Positions 48,712 to 62,160 are shown, numbered from the stretch's first letter. The stretch is 64,000 nucleotides of DNA from Centroscyllium fabricii (GCA_051313645.2 JBNRSN020000002.1:390848001-390912000); one strand, 5' to 3'. Notes: a model not told the origin generated them from the letters alone. Numbers and translations are program-made.

Positions 48712-49005
48712 CAACCCTGGTTAGGTCATTTAAACTTCTTTCGGCATTGCAGCCGGGTCTTTACAGAGACCTGTTCTGCCACTGGAGACATTCCTCCTCC
48801 TGTCGATCTCCTGCATCAATACCTCCAAAGCAGCGTCTGAGAACCGAGGGGCCCTTGCAACCTCTCTCTCGCCTGACATTGTAAGAAAACTTCAGTGACA
48901 GTTGGCTGCACCCATGGTGCACCTCCCCTTCTAAGAGGTGCAGACTGTGTCGGGGTGACCGATAGTCCTGCCTCCCCCTCCGTTAGGCAAGCTGCCAGTC
49001 AATAG

Positions 49006-49496
49006 TCCTCTCCAACTTCTACCGCTGCACAATAGAAAGCATACTGACAAGCTGCATCACTGTCTGGTATGGTAATTGCACTATCTCGGACCGGAAAACC
49101 CTGCAGCGGGTAGTCAAAACTGCCCAACGAATTACCGGTACACAACTACCGTCAATGGAAAGCATCTACCTCAAACGCTGCTTACGGAGGTCTCTGAACA
49201 TTATTAAAGACCCCACACACCCCAGCCACAGTCTGTTCGCCCCCCTGCCCTCCGGGAGACGCTACAGAGCAATTTGCACCCGCACGACTAGATTTCAGAA
49301 CAGCTTCTTCCCCAGGGCTGTCAGCCTCCTGAACTCTAAAAAGAAACTCCGGTACCTGCACGCCTGATAATGTACTTTACTGTATGCAATTTGCATGTAA
49401 TTTATTTATTTGCACTACTCTCAGGAGAGTCGAGTCTTCGTCTCGTTGTATTGTACTAGCACTCTGCAATGACAATAAAACTTGAATTGAATTGAA
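49006..49496 (+). mobile_element. Rex1/Babar LINE 3' fragment, near-identical to 22460-23230
   Basis: ORF 49155-49367 is almost identical to the C-terminus of ORF 22646-23215. (ttgaa)n tail. Confidence 0.85.
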
Positions 49497-50864
49497 GTAG
49501 GGCTGGCAGCCCACCTATTTAATAATGAAGGTCACTGACCATTTTGCTTCCTAGTTGCACCCACGTGATTGGACGTGTGCTGTCTGTGCAACACTGATTC
49601 TGAGCGCAAACTCTGGTCAGACATGTTGTTCTTGATGCACTGTAGTCTTGATGGAATTAGTTTTATTCTAACGTAGAATCAGGTGTAATGGCCGCAAGTT
49701 ATACCCTCCTAACTTAACAAACTTAACTTTTAAATTTCTTGCACAGTCTGTCTGAAATAGGAAGATCAGAATTAGTGTGAGTTCCAGCTGTTCTTTTGAG
49801 TCTCTATAGATGCTGACTGCTTTTTGAAGTATAGATAGATGAATGCACAAGGGGCTAAATGCTACTGAACTATTGAAAGTTTTCTCCAAGTAGAAGGCAT
49901 GTGTGTCTCTCCTGCAGCAATATACTGTTAGCATAGTAAGTAAGGAGTTTGGTACTTCCCAGTGAGCCAGAATGTGTGAGGACTGATTGAGCATTTACTT
50001 CTACAAAGCATTGCCCAAACGCCCCTGGGCATTGAGTAATTCACTAAAATGAACCTCCTACTAAAACAAATGTATCTTGCATTAAGGCTGCAACGTATAC
50101 CTTGAGTATTTCTAAAAGAATTTTGTTCTGTGATTTGTTTTGTTTTAGCTTTTGTTGGAAGCTATTATTGAGCAAATCAGGAATTCAATTCCCAGTTTCT
50201 GCTGAGCTAGTTGATATTGGCAGGTTGGTGGTGTGGCATCAACAAAGCTGGGGACAGGAGCTCTCTGACCTTGACGGAAAGTGTGTGCATGTGGATTTTG
50301 GGTAAGCACACAATCGGTCTTGGCTGTGATACCCATTATGATCAAACGGGCTGCTAACGCTATTATGGGCTAACGCTTGTTGTCAAGGTTCACTCAGAAT
50401 AATCTCCATTTGGGTGAAGTACCAGACGGAGCCAAATCCTGTGAAACAATATACCAGTGTCAGTCCACAGAATTAGATGATTTGAAAGAGAGAAAGTTGT
50501 TAATTTAAAAAAAAATGAAAATGTCGATGCCACTGTTGTGATGAGGTGGACTTAATCATTTACTGCTCCCAGGAGCACTTTATTGGGAATTTGGACACTG
50601 AGGTCAGCATGGCTAATTTGTGGCCCAAGTGATTTTCATCCATGTTAATACCTACAGGGGAAGAAACTGATACCAGAAGTAGTGGATATCAGTGTCACAT
50701 GTATATAATAACTGATCTAAAGCCTCTATTGGCATTTTCTATGGACTTTACATGAGGAAGTTGAAAGGAATCCCCAAGTTAGCAGGATACCTTTAGTATT
50801 GTCTGACAACTGCTGCTATATTAAAAGAATAACTTCCCAAATTTGGTATGCTGAAAATACAAAG

Positions 50865-52000
50865 GGGCTAAATTCGGTTGATTTGCACCTCCCATTAGCG
50901 TCCTTTCATTGGCACCTGCTAACGGGGCGCAAATCAACTAGCGCCTGGGAGCAGCGCTGCTAACGCCTCCTGTGAAATTCAGCGGGAAGTTAGCAGCAGC
51001 GCTGTGCCGCCAGTGATGACTTCATCACCATGTTTTTTTTTATCCATTGATGGGATGTGGGCGTCGCTGGCTGGCTAGGCCTGCATTTAGTGCCCATCCC
51101 TAATTGCCCTTGAGAAGATGGTGGTGAGCCCCCTTCTTGAACCGCTGCAGTCCATATGGTGTAGGTACACCCACAATGTTGTTAGGAAGGGAGTTCCAGG
51201 ACTTTGGCCCAGCGACAGTGAAGGAGCGGTGATACAGATCCAAGTCAGGATGGTGTGTGGCTTGGAGGGGAAATTGTAGGTGGTGATGTTCCCATGCGTC
51301 TGCTGCCCTTGTCCTTCTAAGTGGTAGAGGTCGCGGGTTTGGAAGGTGCTGTTGAAGGAGCTTTGGCGAGTTGCTGCAGTGCATCTTGTAGATGGTACAC
51401 ACTGCAGCCACAGTGCGCCGGTGGTGGAGGGATCGAATGTTGAAGGTGGTGGATGGAGTGCACCATTGAGTGGCGCCCTGACTTACCGCCGGACGCTATG
51501 CCTGACTTGGTTGAGGGGGCCTACCTGTGGCCGGGGTGGCGCTAGTTAAAGAGAAGGTGGCGGGAGGCCATTTTTGTTGCTGGCCGCCTGCCAGCACCTG
51601 CCTCAGTTGCTGCCCCCGGCCCCTGTGAAGCCCCCCCCCCCCCCACCGCGGGGTGCTGGCTGCTCTCCCTGAGCCCGGCACTCCTCTGCCAGGCTCATTT
51701 GCCGGCACTCCCGATCCCTGGTGGCTCAGCTGGGCGCCGGGATGCACTGTGCCAGGCCCCTCCCCTTTAAGAAGGGGAGGGAGGCCTGCAGTACCGCGGT
51801 GCGACGTGCTGCACCGTGTGGTGCTGCGGCACATAGTGTCGCAGATTTGGCTTGCAGCGCCCCAAGAGGGACGCGGGGCACTTCCAGTAGCACCCGTCCT
51901 CCCTTTCGGCGCTACCTGGGAAAATTGGCCGTGGGGGCACTAAAATTAACGCCCCAGTGAAGGTAGTGCCCGAAAGGGGTTACTATCTAATTTTACCCCC
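50865..52000. mobile_element. Harbinger-type MITE related to the 4485-6173 element, interrupted by a LINE
   Basis: gggctaaattcggttg…ttagcgtcc…ggggcgcaaatcaactagcgcc matches the TIR region at 6080-6173. AAG flanks both ends. Confidence 0.65.
51033..51466 (-). mobile_element. Family A LINE 3' fragment
   Basis: ORF 51100-51411 (AAVCTIYKMHCSNSP). The tail is nearly identical to 1530-1590. Confidence 0.85.
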
Positions 52001-52514
52001 AAGGGATGTTATGATTAATTATATTTTGCTCTCTGGCTCTCATTTGAAATGCTGTGTGGGACTTCTGTGATCTGTGACATCATCTGTTGAACAGATTGCA
52101 TGAAGAGTGTGGCTGGCGTTGAATGTGTCAGTCTTGAGAAACGATAGGCAGAAATGGCATGGCACCAGCCAGAGTAATAATAAGAAAATAGCTTCCAATG
52201 CATCAGATGTAGTTGTTGTGTTTTTCCAATTTATTGTACTGTACTGAGTTTTGTTGTTTGTATCTGTTGTGCAGATAAGATCGTGTGGGAGGCAGCAATT
52301 TTTTTAATGCTTTTCTGGTGCGCTTCGTAGTGATAATTAACAGCAAAGGAGGCAATAAAGATTTGGAAATGAAGTTTCGGGTATTTACTTTTTCAAAACG
52401 TATTTGGTACATGGCATAATAATGGCCAGTGTTTTTAGAAGTATGTCTTGAGCCATTTGTCTTGCAGATTGTGAGTGCAGAATTTTAAACTGGAATTACT
52501 GAGTTTGTGAAAAG

Positions 52515-52572
52515 GATTATCTGCACAATGCAAAAGTTTCAAGATTATCTGCACAATGCAAAAGTTTCAAGA
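52515..52572. repeat. 28-bp perfect tandem duplication
   Basis: gattatctgcacaatgcaaaagtttcaa occurs twice in tandem. Confidence 0.9.
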
Positions 52573-52625
52573 ATTTGGCTTTGATGCTGGAACAAATAAG
52601 AATTGATTTATACAGGGTGGCATAG

Positions 52626-52830
52626 CAACAGAAAATCCCGGGACTTCAAGGTAGGCCAGACAGCAGCATAAAGAGAAAGACTGGCTCACATTTTAGGTGG
52701 GACTGTTAACCAGAGCTGATGAACTACGCTTTGACAGAGGTATTACTTCCTTCCCTCTGAGATGCTGATAGTGTATTTGCAGCGTTTTCTGTTTCATTTC
52801 AGAATTCCAGCATTCTTATCTTTTCTTTCC
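52626..52830. mobile_element. Old fold-back Penelope-like fragment
   Basis: aacagaaaat…cagcgttttctgtt inverted ends with ctgatga in the centre. Similar to 18945-19130. Confidence 0.35.
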
Positions 52831-53307
52831 ATCTCATAGAGCAGCAGGCAATTTGTTTCTGACACTGTTAATGTAAATGTGTTTTGTTATTCGATTGTCA
52901 GTCTTCACTGTTGGATGGTGTTCTTGTATTCACAATGATTTCTGTGTGTATAATTGAGCTGATTGTTTGTGATAGATAAGATGTTGGTGCTGTTTCTCAG
53001 TGTGTAAATTAAGTTGAATTTAGAATTCAGAAAGCCTAATTAATTCCCGGGCAAGTCGTTTCTCTATTTTATTATTCCCTTTAGCTGCAAAAGAATAAAA
53101 CCATGCATTTTTTTTTTGTGTGGCTGAGGTATTTTTATAGTGGGGGAAAAAGAATTCCTCTTCCTTGGATCCTTCCTGCATTGAAATCAAGATTCGTCAA
53201 ATCATCTCCCACTTTTACTCATTATCCTGCAGGATCTCAAAAGTGCAGCGCTCCTTAACCACGTTAGTGTTTTCTCCTTGCAAGCAGTCTTGTGTCACGT
53301 AAGCACT

Positions 53308-53870
53308 AAACATAGAAACACAGAAGATAGGAGCAGGAGTAGGCCATTCAGCCCATCGAGGCTGTTCTGCCATTCAATGAGATCATGGCTGATCATCCAA
53401 ACACAGTACCCTGTCCCTGCTTTCTCCCCATATCCCTTGATCCCTTTAGCCTTAAGGAATATATCCAACTCTTTCTTGAATATATGTAATGAACTGGCCT
53501 CCACCGCCCTCTGTGGCAGAGAATTCCACAGGTTCACCACTCTCTGGATGAAGAAATTCCTCCTCATCTCAGTCCTAAATGGCTTACCCCTTGTCCTTAG
53601 ACTGTGACCCCTGGTTCTGGACTCCCCGGCCATCGGGAACATCCTTCCTGCATCTAGACTGTCCAGGCCTGACAGAATTTTATAGGTTTCGATGAGATCC
53701 CCTCTCAATCTTCTGAACTCCAGTGAGTATAAGCCCAATCGACACTATCTCTCATACGTCATTCCTGCCATCCCAGATATCAGCCTGGTGAATCTTCGCT
53801 ACACTCCTTCCATGGCAAGAACACCCTTCCTCGGATAAGGCAACAAAAACTGCACACAGTACTCGAGGTG
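53308..53870 (-). mobile_element. CR1 family B 3' fragment
   Basis: ORF 53295-53738 (GLYSLEFRRLRGDLIETYKI), close to 3555-4482. Confidence 0.9.
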
Positions 53871-54048
53871 CTAACATTTAGCCCCCAACTTAGCACCCAG
53901 CTGAATTTAGCGCTGGGCGCTATTTTTGGTGCTAATTCTGTGACGCCCAATTAGCACCCATTTTGGGCGCTAAGGCGCCAATTTAGCCCCCCGGTCTCTT
54001 GATCCTTGCAGCACCCCACTAGTTACAGCCTGCCAACCAGAAAATAAC

Positions 54049-55163
54049 GGGCCCTGTCTTCCTGTGCTCCAGAAGAGCTGCCCCCCCACGAAAATGCTTC
54101 GTGGGGAGGCAGCTCAGGTGCTTACCAGAAACGTGAACTTCCTGTGCTGATGGGCAAGGGGCTTCAGCTTCCTCCCCACGAAGCACTTTGAGCTGCAGAC
54201 TTCCTGTACTCTGATGCTCAAAATTCAGGTGTACAACGTGGGGAAGCCTCCATTTTTCTGCCCACGTAAATACCAGTCTTAAGAGAGTGCAGGCAGGTTT
54301 GAGAAGTGAAAAAAACAGGTTTAAAGTTTTTAAAAAAATTATTCCTTTGGAGATATTTGTTTGTGGTCTTACAGCTTGTAAATCTGATGGTTTTTATATT
54401 TTTTGTGATAGGTCAAAAATCGGCGATTTCAACCCCTGGCAGCTCTCAGCTGAAAACAGCTCTCCCTCAGCTGGAATCGTGTAGAAATCGCCGATTTTTT
54501 AACTATCACCCAAAAATATATAAAGCTTCATGTTTGTGATCTTACAGCTTGTAAATCTGCTGGTTTATATATTTTTTTGTGAAAGTTTAAAAAATCGGGA
54601 ATTTGAGCTGTTCAAATTCCCGATTTTTTAAACTTTCACAAAAAAATATATAAACCAGCAGATTTACAAGCTGTAAGACCACAAACATGAAGCTTTATAT
54701 ATTTTTGGGTGATAGTTAAAAAATCGGCGATTTCTACGCGATTCCAGCTGACAGCTGAGCTGTTTCAGCTGAGAGCTGCCAGGGGTTGAAATCGCCGATT
54801 TTTGACCTATTACAAAAAATATAAAAACCATCAGCTTTACAAGCTGTAAGACCAGCTTCCTACAAACTGAAAAAAAACAAAGAAAAACTTCTTCCTTACC
54901 TGTTCTTTTCTTTAGTTGAACACTTGATTTTCTTTGATCTGTGCGTTCTGTGGGGGCGTGGTCTCAAAAAGCCGACCTCAGGGGGCGTGTCCTGCACCCG
55001 ACCAACGCACAAAGCACTACGCACCAAAAAAAAACAGACCCCTGCCCACGAAAAAAAATCGACATTTCACACAGGAAGTCCAGCAGATAAAAAAATAAAA
55101 AATCTCGGACGGGTGCAAATCTGCACGCACCCGCAGCAATCAGCCCACAGGAAGACAGGGCCC
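54049..55163. mobile_element. Harbinger-type MITE with a large internal palindrome
   Basis: 18-bp TIR GGGCCCTGTCTTCCTGTG and an inverted repeat at 54364-54854. Confidence 0.75.
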
Positions 55164-55165
55164 AA

Positions 55166-55481
55166 TATGTTTGTCCCTACTCTGTTTTCTGCCTGTTAAC
55201 CAATCCTCCATCAATGCTACTATATTAACCCCAACCCCATGAGCCCTAATCTTGAATAGCAACCTTTTAGGTGGGGCCTTTTTGTACTCCAAATATACTA
55301 CATCCACTGGTTCCCCTTTGCCTTGCTAGTTACATCCTCAAAAAACTCTAATAAATTTGTTAAACATGAGTTCCCTTTCCTAAAACCATGTTGATTCTGC
55401 CTAATCATACTATTATTTCCTAAGTGTCCTGTTACCACTTCCTTAATAATGGATTCCAGCATTTTGCTGACGACTGATATC
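55166..55481 (-). mobile_element. CR1 RT fragment
   Basis: The reverse strand encodes decayed QHGF…FFEDVT-type RT segments. Confidence 0.6.
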
Positions 55482-55499
55482 TCTCCCTCCTTTTTTGAA

Positions 55500-56915
55500 T
55501 AATGAAGAAAATAATGGAACTAAAGACTGACAAATCCCCAGGACCAGATGTTTCTCATCCCAGCGCTTTAAAGGAAGTAGGTGAGAACATTGCAGGTGCC
55601 CTAAATATGATCTTCCAAAGTTCTCTCGATTCAGGAACCGTTCCTTTAGATTGGAAAATTGCACATGTTACTCCGCTGTTTAAGAAAGGTGAGAGGGGAA
55701 AACCAGGGACTTATAGATCAGTTAGCCGGACATCTGTTGTTGGGAAATTGCTGGAGTCTGTAATTAAGGATGGAGTGACTGAACACCTTGAAAATTTTCA
55801 GCTGATCAGAGAGTTCCAGCATGTGAAGAGTAGGTCATGTCTGATGGGCGGCACGGTGGCATAGTGGTTAGCACTGTTGCCTCACAGCTCTGGAGACCCG
55901 GGTTCAAATCCAGCCTCGGGTACTATCTGTGTGGAGTTTGCACATTCTCCCCGTGTCTGTGTGGGTTTCCTCCGGGTGCTCCGGTTTCCTCCCACAGTCC
56001 AAAGATGTGCGGGTTAGGTTGATTGGCCAGGATAAATTGACCCTTAGTCTTAGGGGGATTAAATATGTGGGGTTACGGGGATAGGGTGGGATATGTGTCG
56101 GTGCAGGCTCGATAGGGATATGGGGAGAGGGCAGGGGCGGGATGCTGGGTTTGGATGATCAGCCATGATCTCATTGAATGGTGGAGCAGGCTCGAAGGGC
56201 CGAATGGCCTTCTCCTGCTCCTATCTTCTATGTTTCTATGAACCTGATTGAATTTTTTGAAGCGGTGACTAAAGTAGTGGACAGGGGAATATCTTTCGAT
56301 GTTGAGGCATCAAGGGGTATGGGGAGAGAGCGGGAATATGGTGTTGAGATAGAGCATCAGCCACGATTATATTGAATGGCGGAGCAGGCTCAAGGGACCA
56401 AATGGCCTACTCCTGCTCCTATTTTCCTATGTTTCTATTTATATGGACTTTCAGAAAATATTCAATTGTGTTCCTCATAAGAGACTGTTAGCTAAAGTTG
56501 AAGCTCATGGAATTGAGGGCAAATTATTAACCTGGTCAGGAGATTGGCTGAACGGCGGGAGATGGTGGGTGGATGCGGTGAGGATATTTCCACTGATGGG
56601 TGAGACTAGTACTAGGGGGCATAATCTGAGAATAAGGGGCTGCCCTTTCAAAACTGAGATGAGGAGGAACTTCTTCACTCAGAGGGTGGTGAATCTATGG
56701 AATGTGCTGCCTCAGAGAGCTGTGGAAGCTGCGACATTAAATAAATTTAAAACGGAGATACAGTTTCCTAGCTAATAAGGGAATAAGGGGTTACAGGGAA
56801 CGGGAAGGGAAGTATACGTGAGTCTAAGTTCGGATCAGCCATGATCCTATTGAATGGCGGAGCAGGCTTGAGGGGCCGTATGGCCTACTCCTGCTCCTAC
56901 TTCTTATGTTCTTAT
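55500..56915 (+). mobile_element. CR1 LINE fragment with deletions, interrupted by a V-SINE and a CR1 tail
   Basis: ORFs 55502-55864 (KSPGPD…WKIAHVTPLFKKG) and 56443-56775. Tail at about 56900. Confidence 0.85.
55846..56240 (+). mobile_element. tRNA-derived V-SINE (HE1-like), CR1 family B tail
   Basis: A box TGGCATAGTGG, B box GGTTCAAATCC, V-domain GTGGGTTTCCTCCGGGTGCTCCGGTTTCCTCCCAC. Confidence 0.85.
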
Positions 56916-58122
56916 AATGGGCAGGCATTCTTATTGACAGGATGTGACTACTGGTGTCTCACAGGGATCTATCACCGACCTTCCTGCCCACCGCACCCCC
57001 TGGGGGTAAACCTGCTATTCTCCTCCCCACCCAACTCACCCCTCCCAGTGCTGACCCTGTGGACACTGGCAGTGGGTCAGCCATCACTGACTCACTCAGT
57101 ATCTCCCTCCAGAATGTCCGTTCACTTGCAAACAAGGCCCTTGCCATCCATGAGCTTATCGTGGGTGATTGCATAGACATCATGGCCCTGATGGAAACTT
57201 GGCTGAGGGGTGATGACACCTTACCCTTAAATGAAGCTGCCCCACCTGGCTATACCTTCCATCACTTGCCTCACCCAGACCACCGTGGTGGTGGTGTGGC
57301 TCTCATCAGCAAATCACACCTTGGTCTGTCACCCTACTCCTCCGGCACTTTCTCCTCCTTTTGAGCATCTCACCTTGTCCCACCCCTCTCACCTCTCATT
57401 TAAAATCCCGTTCTCTACCACCCACCCAAGTACCATAACATTTTTATTGCTGCTTTCCTCCCTCAGCCTCTGCACTGAGTGACTTCTCATCCTTGTTGAT
57501 TTCACTTCCATCTTAATTCATCATGCTCTCTCCCTGAGTTCACTACCCTCCCTTAATCTCTCTCTATGTAAATTCCCCAACCCATGTTCATGGCCACCCC
57601 CTTGAACTTGCCATCTCTTGTGGCCGCTACTCCCATCATGTCAATCATAGATAAGGCTACTTCCTTGTATCGCTGTCCACCCACATCTCCCCAACCCTAT
57701 TTCCTTCTATGTTGGTGCCTGGACAAAACTCTCTCCTAACTCTCTTACAATTGCACTTGCAGAATCCCAACTGTCCAGCCTTTGGCTCTCCTTTCACCAT
57801 AACATTTCTGCAGCTGTCAGTCTGCTCAAACACACCCTCACCACCACCTTTGATGCCCTAGCCCCTATTAAAAGCATTACTCACCCTCAGCTTGGCCATT
57901 CCCCGGTACAGCCCTCGTCTTCACTTTCTTAAGTCCGAGGGAATCAGACATGAAATGATATGGCAGACAACTGGTTTAGCCATTCACTGCCAGATCTGGC
58001 TGGATCACAAAGCATTATTGGGTCCTGCTCTCATCTGCCAAAACTGCTCACTATTCTAGGATCATTTTGGAATGCAAAGATAATGCCCGGGTTCAATTCT
58101 CTACTGCTAACAGTCTTCTTAA

Positions 58123-58530
58123 GGGCGGCACGGTGGCACAGTGGTTAGCACTGTTGTCTCACAGCTCTGGAGACCCGGGTTCAAATCCAGCCTCGGGTAC
58201 TATCTGTGTGGAGTTTGCGCATTCTCCCCGTGTCTGCGTGGGTTTCCTCCGGGTGCTCTGGTTTCCTCCCACAGTCCAAAGATGTGCGGGTTAGGTTGAT
58301 TGGCCATGATAAATTGACCCTTAGTGTTAGGGGGATTAAATATGTGGGGTTACAGGGGATAGGGTGGGATATGTGTCGATGTAGGCTCGATAGGGATCGA
58401 GGGATATGGGGAGAGGGCAGGGGCGGGGTACTGGGTTTGGATGATCAGCCATGATCTCATTGAATGGCGGAGCAGGCTCGAAGGGCCGAATGGCCTACTC
58501 CTGCTTCTAGTTTCTATGTTTCTATGTTTC
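58123..58530 (+). mobile_element. V-SINE (HE1-like), CR1 family B tail
   Basis: Near-identical to 55846-56240. Confidence 0.85.
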
Positions 58531-59097
58531 TTAAACCCCTCTCTCCTGTCTGCTCCACCCTCGCCTCCAACAACAAGTGGGAGGAGCTCAAGGACCTCTT
58601 TGTCTCTAAGATTGATCAGGTGCCTCTGCCACTTCCCTTTCTTCCCCTAGCCAAGCAGACTAAACTTCCTCTAAGATTCCACCCTGCCCTAGCCCTGAAC
58701 TCCTCCAGTTTCTCTCTGATTTCGCCTCATGCCCTCTCTGCACTTAGCTTATCCATGAGACCCACTTTCTGCTCCCTCGACCCTATTCCCACTAAACTGC
58801 TGACCACCCAACTTCCTTTTCTGGCTCCCATGTTAACTGACATTGTTAACGGTTCTCTCTCCTCAGATACCGTTACTCGCCTTCAAATCTGCTGTCATCA
58901 CCCCTTTCCTCAAAAAAACAAACCCTTGACCCCTCCATCCTTGCAAACTACTGCCCCATCTCCAACCTCCCTTTCTTCTCAAGTTCTTGACGTGTTTTTG
59001 CCTCCCAAATCTGTGCCCATCTTTTCTTGAACTCCATGTTTGAATCACTCCAAGCAGGTTTCCGCCCTGCCACAGTACCGAAACGACTCTCATCAAA

Positions 59098-59423
59098 GGG
59101 CGGCATGGTGGCACGGTGGCATAGTGGTTAGCACTGTTGCTTCACAGCGCTAGGGGCCCGGGTTCAAATCCGGCCTCGGGTGACTATCTGAGTGGAGTTT
59201 GCACATTCTCCCTGTGTCTGCGTGGATTTCCTCCGGGTGCTCCGGTTTCCTCCCACAGTCCAAAGATGTGCGGGTTAGGTTGATTGGCCAGGATAAATTG
59301 ATCCTTAGTGTTAGGGGGATTAAATATGTGGGGTTATGGGGATAGGGTGGGATATGTGTCGGTGCAGGCTCGATGGGCTGAAATGGCCTCTATCTGCACT
59401 GTAGGGATTCTATGATTCTATGA
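59098..59423 (+). mobile_element. V-SINE (HE1-like), short (GATTCTAT)n tail
   Basis: Same head and V-domain, ending ctgtagggattctatgattctatg. Confidence 0.85.
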
Positions 59424-60379
59424 TAAAGTCACAAATGACATCCTTTGTGTCCGTGACAAAGGTAAACTATCTCTCCTCATCCTTCTCAACCTGTCTGCAG
59501 CCTTTGATATGGTTGACTACACCATCCACCTTCAATGCCCAGCTGGGTGGGACTGCGCTTGCCTGGTTCCATTCTTATCTGTCTAATCATAGCCAGAGAA
59601 TCACCTGCAATGGCTTCTCATCCTGCTCCCGCATCATTCCCTCTGGTGTCCCCCAAGGATCTATCCTTGCCCCCCCTCCTATTTCTCATCTAGATGCTGC
59701 CCCTTGCCGACATCATCTGAAAACACAGTGTTCATTTCCACATGTACGCTGACGATGCCCAGCTCTACCTCACCACCACTTCTCTCGACCCCTCCACGGG
59801 CTCTAAATTGTTAGACTGCTTGTTTGACGTTGAGTGCTGCATGAGCAGAAAAATGCTCCAGTTAAATATTGGGAAGACCGAAGACAAATTATATTTATAT
59901 AGTTGTTGTTTCTGGTAACTCTTGAAGATTAAACCAATTACTGAAGAAGAATCAAGTAGAAGCAAACGTTATTTAAATCTTTGGGATTTTAAAAGTAAAA
60001 TAATTTTAGGATAAGAAATTGAGAAGCCTCAGGGAACAGATAAGAACTCGAGGAACTTGGCTCAAAGATGATATACAAGCAGGAGTGTTCGAAAAGTGTA
60101 TCAAAGCTTGACCCTGACATCCCTGCAGTCATGACACACAGTAAGGAGTGGCAAAACTGGACAATTATCCTGAAATTTTATTTCCAGGATACTCTGATAG
60201 ATTAAATAAGTAGGGAGTTTGTTTTCAATACAACAATTTTGAAGAAGATAGCAATTCTGTTGGAGTAAGGAAGAAGAAACCACGTGGGCTTACAAAATCT
60301 ACCACATATGTGTGTCGAGTTGCCAAATGATAAGTTCTCTATTGCAGTGACACAGAAAGTGAGTCACGGGAGCCTACTG

Positions 60380-61145
60380 TCAACAAGGGCAGACGTCGAC
60401 GACGATGTCTAACACTGCCTTCAATGTGCCAATGCAGCCTTTGGTCGTCTGAGGAAGAGAGTGTTTGAAGACCAGGACCTCAAATCCAGCACTAAGCTCA
60501 TGGTCTATAGAGCAGCAGTGATACCTGCCCTGTTGTATGCCTCCGAGACATGGACCATGTACAGCAGGCACCTCAAAGCACTGGCGAGGTATCAGCAACG
60601 CTGCCTCCGCAAGATCCTGCAAATCCATTGGCAGGATAGGCGCACCAGCGTCAGTGTTCTTGCTCAGGCCAGCATCGAAGCTTTAACCACGCTCAATCAG
60701 CTCCGATGGGCGGGTCACATTGTCCGCATGCCCAATACGAGACTCCCAAAACAAGTGCTCTACTTGGAGCTCTGGCACAGCAAGAGAGCCCCAGGTGGGC
60801 AGAGGAAACGCTTCAAGGGCACCCTCAAAGCCTCCTTGGAAAAAATGTAACAACCCCATTGACACCTGGGAATCCCTGGCCCAAGACCGCACAAAGTAGA
60901 GGAGCAGCATCCGGGAAGGCGGAGAACATCTCGAGTCTCTTCACCGGGAGCAAGCGGAAGCCAAGCGCAAGGAGCGTACATCAACTCAAGCACCCCACCC
61001 ACCCGCCCCTTCAGCCACCGTCTGCCCCACCTGTGACAGAGGCTGTAGGTCCTGCATTGGACTTACCAGTCACCTGAGAACTCATTTTTAATGTGGAAGC
61101 AAGTCATCCTCGGTTCCGAGGGACTGCCTTAGAAGAAAAAGAAGA
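60380..61145 (+). mobile_element. RTE-clade LINE 3' fragment
   Basis: ORF 60461-60850: TKLMVYRAAVIPALLYASETWT…QLRWAGHIVRM…RLPKQVLY…GGQRKRFK. (GAA)n-like tail. Confidence 0.85.
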
Positions 61146-62007
61146 GTGACCAAAAGCTAATCGCTGCCTATCCCCTTCACTGGCAGTTTCTAAACCCTCA
61201 CTCATCACAGGTTCCACCGTGCTCCAGGTAAATCAGTGTCTGGAAATTTAATTGATGCAACTGCTGCAAATTGAATTGAATGAAAATGTTTCTGACCCTA
61301 GTTGAAAGTAAACTCACTCCAGATGCTCTGTCAGTTTATATTTGCACTCCTGCCCATTCTCCTTCTACTTCAAGAACAAGAAAAGTGGTTTTGATATCTA
61401 GCGCAGACCTTTTACATTGAGATTATATTCTGTGCAGCACTGCAAATGCAATTCCTTGACTTTTGTGACTCGAGTTTTGCAGGGGAAATGTGTTTGAAAG
61501 CGTATGTGTTGTGTGGTGAATGGATAATAATGTAGGCATTTAAGAGTTAGCCAGCAGATCAGATTGATTTTTTGTTTCTCGGATGGTTTTGAAGAACATT
61601 ATTGACTAAGTATGTTTATTTCTTGGAGCTCGATTTACATTTTTTGCTCATGATTATTGTCCTTTCCTGTGTTTTACTCTCCCTTTAGTGCCAACATGAC
61701 ATGTATATTGTGAGCATGTTTTCCTCTCCCATCTTTTGCCTTTCTCTCAAAGGCACTGATACTCTTGCTGGTGTCTGGTTCTGTGGGCACCAGGTGCCAT
61801 TTGGTACTTGTATTCCTCATATCTGATCCTAGACAGCGACTGTACGCAGAATGGGAGCATCACAGCCAAACCAAACCCTGCACTTGCCCAACATTCACAC
61901 ATTCCAGCAGGCAATACAGAATAACAATCTTCCCTAGAACCGGGGAACTGATGTCAATTGTAGCACCCTTACGACTGTTGAACTGAAATCAATCAGCACA
62001 GCACAGG

Positions 62008-62160
62008 GAAATGTCAGGTTTTATAGAGCACAATTCAGGTGCAGCTTATTTTTAAGAGATGCATTTCAGGTAGGAGTCATCTGGCCAGAGTCATTTCCTA
62101 CCTGAAATCCATCTCTTAAAAACTGCACCTGAATTGTCCTCTGCAAAACCTCACATTTTC
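62008..62160. repeat. About 150-bp imperfect hairpin, probably MITE-derived
   Basis: caattcaggtgcag…taagagatgcatttcaggtagga pairs with tcctacctgaaatccatctctta…ctgcacctgaattg. Confidence 0.7.

Larger units (their letters stand above)
56960..59885 (+). mobile_element. L2 LINE (endonuclease plus RT), decayed, interrupted by two V-SINEs
   Basis: LQNVRSLANK…METWL…GGGVA endonuclease, LDPIPTKLL, and GVPQGSIL…YADD RT remnants. Confidence 0.85.

Noticed and set aside
55166-55845. Twin-priming 5' inversion of a single CR1
   Set aside because: The two oppositely oriented pieces cover overlapping RT regions with different sequences, so they are separate copies.
55846-55920. tRNA gene
   Set aside because: It is the tRNA-derived head of a V-SINE, repeated at 58123 and 59098.
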